DNA of 64,000 nt, taken from the NCBI RefSeq assembly GCF_003918875.1, contig NW_025765891.1, positions 62,001 to 126,000 on the forward strand, given 5' to 3'. Below the pieces are notes generated by a model that did not search any database, was not told the origin of the DNA, and was given only the letters and a program-made list of their open reading frames with translations. Of this stretch, positions 1 to 10,800 are shown piece after piece. The DNA comes from Haliotis rubra (lineage: Eukaryota). The position numbers and the translations under genes are program-made. How positions within the stretch are numbered: the stretch's first letter is position 1; each line of letters starts with the position of its first letter.

Positions 1-1986
1 TGGAACTTGTAAAAATGAGCAATATTTATGGTGTTGTAAACATGCCATGATTTAGAGAATATATAAGACAACATGTTTTCATATAGAGATTGGACTGTAA
101 GCATTTAACAATTTTTGTAGGTGTATAATGCTGTCCAGCTCAGGGAAATAATAACCTAATAATATCTGTTTGACACAGCATCTTTTCAAAAAATACTGGC
201 ACCTATTTCATACTTCACATTGAAGCATGTGAAATAAAACAATATATTTTAAGCCCTGTTACTGTCCTTAATCACAAAGAGGTGTGATTCAGATATATGA
301 AAACTTGCAAAATTTAACAATTACTTCACACTGAAGTGGATCAAACTCAACATAGTATTTTGAGGCCTGTGACTGTCCACAATCAAGATGTGTGATTTGG
401 ATATATTGACGATGCCTCATGTTTTGTGTTCTTGATATCAATATTCAATTAACTTCACCACTGCCTGTTTTCCATACAGTTTTAGTACTACCTTGTATTG
501 ACATATTACCATGGTAACAGTAGCAAGTCAATAGCTGAGATAAACTGTCTCCATGGTAGACTGTTCATGTGAAAGCTCTACCTCTCTCTGCAGCATGGAT
601 ATGAGTTCACATTTTGAGAGAAGGTACAGAAGTTAGTATTCAAATCTAATTAAATATATCACAAAGGAGTACTAAGTTTTTGGATAGTTATCGCAGACTG
701 TTTTGTCTTCCTCTGCGTCTACCTCTAATCAGTGTTACCTGTAGTAGAATCAAAAGGATAGTACATGTATTGATAGCTTAATGCAAGTTAACATAGTATT
801 TACAAGGCTCTTTACTAATACTTGACAGAGGGAATGATGAATGCTTCAGTCAGACCGAATGGTATTTGTTTTTTTTAAATGAGTGCTGTGATAGTCAATA
901 CATTAATGTATATACATTGTTAAAAGGGGATGATATTTTAATCTCACATCATGATGCTCCACACTAACCTGATAATTCAGGGTCTTGTTGTCTTGAGATG
1001 AGAAACATTTAAAGGAAATAGGCTAAGGAATACTGGCCTTCTCCCTGACCCATCTGTAACGTGTAATGGTGTGATTGATTGAGGTTGAATTTGAGAAGTG
1101 AGGATGGTATTTATAACCAAGAAATAGGTTAAATGGCTTTGTAACATGCTGCATTATGTTATCAATAAAATGTTAAACATATAAACAGTGTGTTCATGGT
1201 ATTTGTGTAAGATTATTAGTTAGTTATTGATAATGAGAACACAGATTTCCTGAGAAAAGCCAGTGACTGGTTGTTGGAGAAGCAACCCATGTTGTCCAAG
1301 ACAAGTTACCAATGGATGATAGGGGGAGGTGATTAGGTGCCTGACTCTGAGGGTGTGGGTTCGAATTCCAGATGGTACTCTACCCAACAAAAGTACTAGA
1401 ATCTGTACTTTATTAAGAAAGTGTAATCCCAAATATAACATGTTACATTTGATTACTTTCTACATGGCATTGTGTAATCATGGACTCACCTATGCCCCCA
1501 GGTGACAGGTGGTCTTACTAACACCACTGGTAGAAAGATTGCTTGCTTCTTTACAAAGAAGTAGTTAACATCCAAGACCTGCTTCACTTCTGGGTTTGCT
1601 CCATGAAATGTTGTTCAACCACATCAGAGCCACAGTGAACCAAACCCACTCAAATGTCAGATACCTCATTGCTGGCAGACTCATGACAAATGTGATGTTC
1701 AGCCCTAACATTCCTGTTTGAAAACGACATAAATGCAGAAATTTTTTAACATGTCTTTATTTCCAACATATCAACATGCTTGTGATGACATTTAGACTAT
1801 GTCTATTGATACATTTGAGCATTAAAAAATGTTTCTCGATAATGTCAGTTGGCACATGCTGTCACAGAAATGTTCAAACAAACTAGTCATGGTGTGTAAA
1901 ACCATGCTTAACAGACAAGGAAACAAACATACAATTATAATACACCAATAGCAGAATAATAATGAGGCAAATTTTCATTAAGCGAT

Positions 1987-2148
1987 GAATGAGTGAGTGA
2001 GCATGAGCAAGTGAGTTGGGTTTCACGATGCTTTTAGCAATATCAGGGCACCAGAAATGGGCTTTCAACATTCTACCAATGTGGGGAATCAAACCCGGGT
2101 CTTCGGTATGATGAGCGAAAGATTTAACCACTGGTCTACCCAACCACA
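1987..2148 (-). mobile_element. tRNA-derived SINE, family 1
   Basis: A/B-box head, gcccatttctggtg body, (actc)n tail. Confidence 0.85.
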
Positions 2149-2161
2149 ACCATTAAGCAGT

Positions 2162-2316
2162 GAGGGGCGGTCGCGGTGGAGTAGCCTAATGGTTAAAGCA
2201 ACTCATCACGCTGAAGACTCGGGATCAATTCCCCACGTGAAACCCATTTCTGGTATTCCCCACAGCGATATTGCTGGAATATTGCTAAAAGTGGTGTAAA
2301 ACCATACTCACTCAGT
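2162..2316 (+). mobile_element. tRNA-derived SINE, family 1
   Basis: Same consensus; TSD ccattaagcRgtga. Confidence 0.85.
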
Positions 2317-2902
2317 CCCATTAAGCGGTGAATTTACAGACCTTTCACAATGATACCCAAAGATCTTTCAATACAGGATGAAACACTGTCACAATATAGA
2401 CAAAGTCTAGCAATGTCCTGATAAGAATCACAATCAGTGCTGCTGGTGGGGTGAAAAAGGGTTAAATGTCGTGTTCAAGATTATTATATTTGTATGTCGA
2501 CATATGTTCATGTGTATCATATTTTAACGTTTTTGATTTGACGAGGCTGGTGATGGAAGCACTAACCTACCCCTCTCCACACACACACTTTGTTCAGTAG
2601 ACCATAGAGGAGGTCAGTAAAACCAGTATATGATGATTGTCTGATCATTGACTTTCTTTCATTGACCATGCTTCCTCTACATTGTAGAGATTGCTTTTTA
2701 AATTAGGAATGTGACCAGATAGTAATGTTTCATTGTGATTGATGATGCTGGTATGATTCCTTCACATTAAACACAGCAATATTTTTTCTTCAACAAAGAA
2801 AAGTCTTACTTCTTTTTGTCTGATCATGGCAGAATACACTGTCATTACAGTTTATATGACCTACTGGGATAAGATTGTTGTAAAACTGTCCAATTTATGT
2901 TG

Positions 2903-3640
2903 GATCCCGCCTCCACTGCACAGAGGGAGGTACCTGGAAAATGTAGATCACCTCCTCCACTGTATAGATGGAGAGACCTGGACCATATAGATCCCCGCCT
3001 CTACTGTATAGATGGAGAGACCTGGACCATATAGATCCCCACCTCTACTGCCCAGAGGGAGGGACCTGGACCATGTAGATCCCCTCCTAAACTGTATAGA
3101 TGGAGAGACCTGGACCATATAGATCCCTGCCTCTACTGTATAGATGGAGAGACCTGGACCATATAGATCCCTGCCTCCACTGCCCAGTGGGACGGGACCT
3201 GGACCATGTAGATCCCTTCCTCTACTGTATAGATGGAGAGACCTGGACCATATAGACCCCATCTCCACTGCCCAGAGGGAGAGACCTGGACCATGTAGAT
3301 CCCCTCCTCTACTGTATAGAGGGAGAGACCTGGACCATATAGATCCCTGCCTCCACTGCCCAGTGGGACGGGACCTGGACCATGTAGATCCCTTCCTCTA
3401 CTGTATAGATGGAGAGACCTGGACCATATAGACCCCATCTCCACTGCCCAGAGGGAGGGACCTGGACCATGTAGATCCCCTCCTCCACTGCATAGAGGGA
3501 GAGACCTGGACCATATAGATCCCCGCCTCCACTGCCCAGAGGGAGGGACCTGGAACATGTAGATCCCCTCCTCCATTCGCACACAGAGAGGGATATGACC
3601 ATGTTCATCCACTCTTCCACTGCATAGAGGAAGGTACCAG
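2903..3640. repeat. 44-bp minisatellite with a 176-bp higher-order repeat
   Basis: Unit ctactgtatagatggagagacctggaccatatagatccccgcct; degenerate units continue to about 3880. Confidence 0.95.
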
Positions 3641-3744
3641 GACCCTGTTCCTCAAAGTGATCTTAACTCTACAACTGTCACATATTTTAACACACACTTC
3701 ACAACATTTGTAGAGTTACAATCACTTTGTGAAAAGGGGTCCTG
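3639..3744. mobile_element. Short palindromic MITE (Harbinger-like, CWG target)
   Basis: caggaccc...gggtcctg arms with aaagtgat/atcacttt and taactctacaa/ttgtagagtta. Confidence 0.65.
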
Positions 3745-4668
3745 GACGACGTTGAGGCCCCTTCCACCGTTTATAGAGGATGTCTGGAACATGCAGAGAC
3801 CCCCTCTTTCAGTACATTTAGGGAGGGTCCTGGATCACATTGATTCCCTCTTCTAATGCATGTAGGGAGGGGCCTGGACTATGAGCAAATTGTGATTTGG
3901 CAATCCAAGTTCACTGGTCATATAAGTTTGTGTTTCACAGTATTCTTAGTTGTTTACAATTTGTGAAAATGTAAAAACAATCAAAAGTGGATGTCCGCAT
4001 CCTTGCATCCAACCTATTCCTTGGTTTTATTACAATTTACAGTCAACTGTAGACAGGTTTGACAAATTCAAAACAATACTGATCTATAAATTAGAATGTT
4101 TGTGCTGAAAAAAGTGCATATTTCAACAAGAGCCTGGCAATAAAAGACAAGCAACAAAACGAAAACAGTAAATAATAATCTATAGTATAGCACATCACCT
4201 TGAAATAAAGGTAAACATATTGTTACAATATATACTGCATGTAGATTACAGTATTTTTAATAATTCATTAGAAGTTTTTACCTGGCTGCATGTGTAAACA
4301 TGTCAACAGCCCAGGGTCATATCACAACCAATATGTAGATAACATATGTAAAAACATGATATGTATTGAGATGATTAAATGCAAAATACATTGAAGTGGC
4401 TTGGTGCGGTGCACAAAAATGGCAGCAAACCTATATTGAAAACTATTCACATAAAAGGATTCTTAAATATTTTTGTAAATATTTTCTAAAAAGTGAAGTA
4501 TTATGACCATCACAAAAACTTCTAATAAAGATGAACAGGACACAAATGTAAATGTATACTAAACATAGTAAATAACATCACCATGGCAACAAGACAACAG
4601 CAGATAGATTGTACATGGTGTCAGGAACACTAGAGAACTGTACATGTTCTATTGTGAAGACTCAACAA

Positions 4669-4854
4669 TCAAGCAGACTTGTGTCTCCGCCTCTTCTGGA
4701 GACTCTCAAAGATGCGATATGTTTCCATAAAACCCTTGCGTTGTCCATGGTCTGGTGCTTGGACTGAGACAAGGTGGATTGGACGGGTCTTGGCAAAGTT
4801 GTCCAGCTGCATATAGCTGTACACCAAGTCTGGTTTCATTGCCAATGGCTTATC
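4669..4854 (-). CDS. ARL-like GTPase exon 4 (last coding exon)
   Basis: ttgcag acceptor; D completes TKQD; ends KRRRHKSA-TGA. Confidence 0.85.
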   Translation of the reverse strand, partial: DKPLAMKPDLVYSYMQLDNFAKTRPIHLVSVQAPDHGQRKGFMETYRIFESLQKRRRHKSA

Positions 4855-7800
4855 CTGCAAAACGAACAGTCAAATAGGAGTGAATATTTTATTTAATAAA
4901 TGTTCATGGGGTCTTTTAAAGAGACTACACATTATAATAAGCAAGAACACATGAAAATATAGAACATAATCTTGGGCTGATGACACGTGATTTCATGAAA
5001 GTCTTTAATGTATTTCTAAACAGATGTCAGAAGTTTAATTTCAAAGTAATGTCATCCCATTTGTTACGATGGAAAGATGGCATATATGGTATTTGGCATA
5101 AGAGTTTAGCAATATATCAAAAACATCAGACAACATATCACACCTTGTGACTGATGTTGATAAGAGTGAGTGAGTGAGTATGGTTATGCAAGGCTTTTAG
5201 CAATATTCCAGCAATACACCAGAAATGGGCTTCACACATTGTACCCATGTGGCAAATCGAACTCAGGCCTTTGACATGATGAGCCCACGCTTTAACCTCT
5301 AGTCTACCCCGACGCCACGATGTTGACAAGAAGCATTTGAATTGATACATCAGCAAATGAAACCATATGCACTAGTTCATGCAATGTTTTCCCTTATTTA
5401 TTTCCATCAGTATCACCCTGCATCAGGCACCAGTCATGGAGACCACAGAGGGAAGTGTTCCCACCAAGTGCAGGAGGACGCTCTACCTGTTTGGTGGCCA
5501 CAATAATGAGAGGGATGTTCTCTGTTCCCTTCTGGATGAGGAAAGCGTGGAGCTCCCGTCTTGACTCATCCAGGCGGGCTGCATCTGATGAGTCCACAAC
5601 ATAACAGATGGCATCCAAGTCTAGCAAGAACTCCTTCCAGTAGGTCCGGCACATATCCGAACCTCCCACTGCAACATGAGAATTCCCAGCATAGCATGTC
5701 TCACTCAGTTTTAATACAACCAAGTCTGCAGTATCTATAAATGTTATCATGCATTAATTTCAGATATAACAAAAGACATTTCCTGAGAGTTGTCTTTTAA
5801 TCACCACTCTTCTACCCAGAGCAACCATGTACATCTGCCACAGGTCAGCAACATATCCATCCCATCTGAATCATCACATCTTTCAATATCCTTTCAGTAT
5901 TTTCACCTGCTTCATTTTTGTCAAGTTGACACTTCACTTTTGACAAGTCTTTAGATAAATGTCATGAAATGTTTACCTCTCACTGAGAACATGTCCTAAT
6001 ATGTGATAAACGTAGATGTAAAGAACGAAAAAAAGGCTTGAATTAGGCCAGTCAGAATTTCAGAATAAGTGCATCCGTTTACAAACAAGAAAAAGAATCT
6101 GGTGATGTGACATGCTAATTACCATGTGGCAGCTGTGTAATGTGAAATCATCACTCGGTCAAAGTGGGATTAATTACATCAATAACAAAGATTATACATC
6201 TGGGACAAAGTCCATAGTACAAAGCAATCTTATTTTGTATCTTTTCCAGACCAGTTTATTCAGTAATATTCCCGCTGTGTTTTGCTGTACGACTTTTTAA
6301 CCAATGCTGTGTACATAAATAAGAAAGATACTGAGTCTGAACCATAAAATGAACCATGAACCTGAGCTAGAATGAATGGTTGTTTCTAACTGTATGCACT
6401 TATGTTTCATAATACATTAATAATTGTATTCAAGGTGACATATTTGATTTGAATTGCAACAAAATCATCCATCCATATGTTGGAGTGCCACTGTTGTGAA
6501 AGTGGTCAGCACTTCAGACAAAGACATAGGTACAAACACCCTCTTACTCTTAACTCAGCAGCTGTAGGATGGCTACAAGTCTATTGCACATATTTACAGC
6601 TCATGAAACTTGTCACCCACAAATATCATATGTCTGGTAATATTTCAGACCCAGGTTATATTGTCCATTACAGTATTACTTATGCGATCAAGTTTTCAGA
6701 TATATAATTTATCACATACCAATTTATCAGGATAGGAATACAAACATCAAAGCGCCTAGTAGGGATGCCATGATACATTGATACGTCAATACTTTTTCTA
6801 AGACGATCCAATTATCGATACATTCAAACTGTATCGATATTTAGTTTTGAAAGTATCGGTTTAAATATGTTTATGCATCGTTTACATTTTGCAATGGTAT
6901 CATGTTTTTGGACGTTATGAGAGTTATAAATGATTATTTTTCATGCACAAAGATGGGAAATTAGAACGTTTTAATCTCTGAGAATCAAAAATGTAGATCT
7001 TTTCATGGACAATATAAAATATGAAATATTAATGTTCAAAATGTAACTAAATTTACACAATAATGCCACGAAAATAGGTATCGTGATGCGTATCGAATCG
7101 TGACATGGGTATCGTGATACTTATCGATTCATGAAACTTATGTATCGTGACATCTCTTGCACCTAGCTCAGGTGAATCCTCATTGCACTCCGATTCCGTA
7201 TTTCACTGCTGAAGGACCTACTTTTTCTGTCAACACTATTGATTCATTACATCAGGTGGAGGAATTGAAATCTCACATATACATGTCTCATACGTCCCCT
7301 GCGAGAAGTAAGGTCACAGTAAGCTCAATGCAGAAGTTTCAGTTGTCATTAAAGTTAGATTAAAAATGTGCGTCATGAAAGGGTATGTATTAAATAGAGA
7401 ACACCATCCTAGAGCATTTAGACCTGAAGTATTGAATGAGAAGATATCATGGTAGGAGAGTATAGATTCTTATACCGTTTTCATATGCTTCAAAATGGTG
7501 TAAGAATCTATACCGAAACGTCACCCAATTGTCAAAATAGAGAAGTTGATCATCCATAAAGTCTTGTCATCTCTATACCACTAACTTCTAGAATACCACT
7601 CAAACAAATCATTGTTCGTAACTTGTTTTTTGTCTCCTGCTATGACATCTTCTCGTTCAATACATATGCTTGACTGCCTGACTGACTGAGTTTGGTTTTA
7701 CGCCGCTTTTAGCAATATTCCAGCAACATCGCGGCTGGGGACACCAGAAATGGGCTTCACACATTGTACCCATGTGGGGATTCGAACCCGGGTCTTCTGC

Positions 7801-10800
7801 GTGGCAAGCGGATGCTTTAACCACTAGGCTACCCCACCGCCCCTCATATGCTTGAAGTGCACTAGTATGAAGATCTACAGATATATTGGTGAGAGACAAC
7901 AAAACAAGCACATATGACAAAGTGCAATGAAGGTTACTGTAAGTCTGGAAAATTATATTTATAAACATGTCAGGGAGTTATATGGACAAGATTGAGGGCT
8001 CCAGATAAGGCCCGTATCGGCGTATGTACAGATATAAAACAAGCACGATACAGTAGGAAATAATTTAGAAAACATAGCAGATACGCACCACAGCAATGGT
8101 GTACAGTCTTAGAATCATTTACAGATGTATTTATCTGAAAAAGTATTGTTTTATTGTTTATTGACCTGTTTACACAAGAGTAGCAATGTTGTGGTGCATA
8201 TATGAAATGAAACACAAGATTACTGATACTCCATTAAATTCCATTCAGGACTCTAAATGTACTCTTATTGTTTTCCAGTACTCCTATATTGAAAAAATAA
8301 GGAGTACGTACTCCTGATCATGAAACATTATCTGGAGCCCTGAGCTTAGAGACTGACATTTAGCCTCAAGTCTATAGCAAATGTGAGTAAACATTCCCTA
8401 CATAGAATGTACATTTCTCAATTCATGCCGTCAATTTATTGACTTTGTAAGGTGAATAATTTGTCACTGGGATATACATACAAATGTAGAGGAAAAGGAC
8501 AATTGTTTAGTTTAGCATTACTGCCTTGAATGAAATGTTAAATTTCAATGCTAAAATGCCTCTGAATTTAGAAAAATAAGAAATAAAAACATCCCATTTC
8601 CAAACAAAGTATTGATTGTGTCCAAGTATGTATGTATGCCAAGGGGACTTAATATCAATCCTGGATAAATCCATGCATGTGTATCAAGGCTATTATGACA
8701 AATTCAACAATTGTGGATAGACTGAAGGTGATAAATAAGCATAGGTCTAGGTGTTTCATGACCCAAACTGTGCCATCACATGCCACCTTTCTGATTAGAG
8801 ATTTGGATCCTTGCGTGCAGTCAAATACAGAAGGTGAATGACACTGTCATCTTACCATCCCACATGTTGAGGTAGATGGATCCCAGCATCACAGAGTTCA
8901 CATAGAAGCCAATCGTGGTCTCTTCTGTTGTACTGAGGCGCCGTCGGCCCTTGCAAAAACAACGAGCAAAGCGGGTTTTGCCTGCTCCATCAAGGCCAAT
9001 GATCAACACTCGGCGCTCACTTTGGTCTTTCTGAATACAGAAACAGATTGTTCAAACCATATTGTAAACCAAAAGTCACCATGTTTATTAATCTGATTGG
9101 TTGAAAAACATGATCGAATGGTATTCGATTCCCGGAAATTGCAAGACTATTCACTGTGTATTGACACGTACAAATACCGCACAGACCATTTTATTGTTGT
9201 GTCGTCAGCAGTGGTGACGTCATTCAAATCAAATTGTGACGTAAAGTCAGAATGACGTCACAAATGAGCAGTTCCAGATGCTACCATGGGAACCAGCTGA
9301 AACGGTCAGCTGATGACACTTCACTGCTGTACCTGTACTCAATGTCAATGAGTGCAGACAGTAAAACCCATGTGGGCCTTTTGATTTTCTTTTGTGTTTA
9401 CAATGTCGAGAAACATCATGTGTTGGCCAATTTCCGGGTGTTATTGAGTATTTGAAGCACAGGAATATTTCATTTGAAACCTCCGGCTAACGGCGTCGGC
9501 TCCAAATGAATTCCTGTGCTTCAAATACTCAATAACACCCGGAAATTGGCCAACACATGATGTTTATCTCCTAACTGTCTTCAGAAGAATTGATAAAATT
9601 GGAAATTTTAACTATAAATTGTATATTTATATACTTATCCTATCTCACAATATGCACCTCTCTTCTTCTTCTACGACCATGTGTGGAAACGTGCTGTAGG
9701 CTAAGTTGAATCAAAGCATTCTGGCCTCTACCCCCCTGACCTCTGCCCCCACTCCGATAGCACGACCTGTCAATCATCTCATAAGCATGCCGGTTGCTCA
9801 GATGATCACGTAACGCTCTGTGCCTGTCATTCTCGTCTTGGAGCTTCCAGTAATCTGTGATGTGGGGCAGGTCGGGTGTATATCCATTGCGTGAGATAGG
9901 ATAAGTATATAAATATACAATTTATAGTTAAAATTTCCAAATTTTAAACTTATCCTATCTCACGGTATGCATTATCCCACGGTTGGCAGGTAGGCCGCAG
10001 ATTACCCTGTGTCAACTCTACAACCGTGAGGTCGCATAACACAAGGAGGCCAGGAGAAAGCTGCTACCAACTCCCGATATGCTAACTCCGAACTTGTGAT
10101 GGGTTGCTTCGCATAACCCCTTAGCTTACACAGCACAAAAACTCTAGGGAGTGGGCGGTCCCGAATTAATGTGGTTTTCACCCGCAACTTTTGACAAGCA
10201 AAAGGACACAGTTTGGCAAGTACCGGTAGAGCTCGCCTCCCCACAATTTATCAAGTGACCCCAGCGAATTAAAGTCGAAGACCTTAATCTGGACAGTCCC
10301 TGCTTCGAAACTATCCCCCACAGACACACGCTGAAAGGAGGTGAAAGAGGGAATAGCCCGGTTGCTCAACTCGTTTAACGTTCGGTACCAATCTCCCTAA
10401 CGTACCAAAGTTGAGAAAGGACTTAGGAGCGGAACACCTTGAAAACCAAGCAGGTAATCGGAAATCAACACTACACTGACGTAATTGCTCAGAGAGTAGA
10501 GGTCAGTAAGCGGAGTGTCAACCACCTCTGCGTGTAGCACAAAGACTGGCCTCTCAGTCTATCGAGTCATGGGTATGATAGTGCAAACACGCCCTAGTTC
10601 CCTAGGTGAGGTGGTCTATGCCCAAATATAATCCATACCAATAAGAAAGATAGGACCAATATCTTTCATGATATAAATAATGCAAGACCTACACGAAGAT
10701 AGGAACTGCATCTTATCTGCGTTTGTGAGCCGACGACAACTGCTGCGCCAGAACCAATGGATCTAGTCGGTGAAGACCTTCCACGTCAGTGACAGACAGA

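Noticed and set aside
1490-1713. Possible minus-strand exons (acceptor near 1714, donors near 1663 and 1489)
   Set aside because: Splice-like signals exist, but no convincing reading frame or homology could be assembled; they may be UTR exons.
2948-3620. Several 95-159 aa repetitive ORFs
   Set aside because: By-products of the 44-bp minisatellite; open in several frames on both strands, with no domain signal.
9252-9455. Conserved small ORF duplicated at 22710-22919
   Set aside because: Similarity is explained by two copies of a non-coding repeat; no coding evidence.
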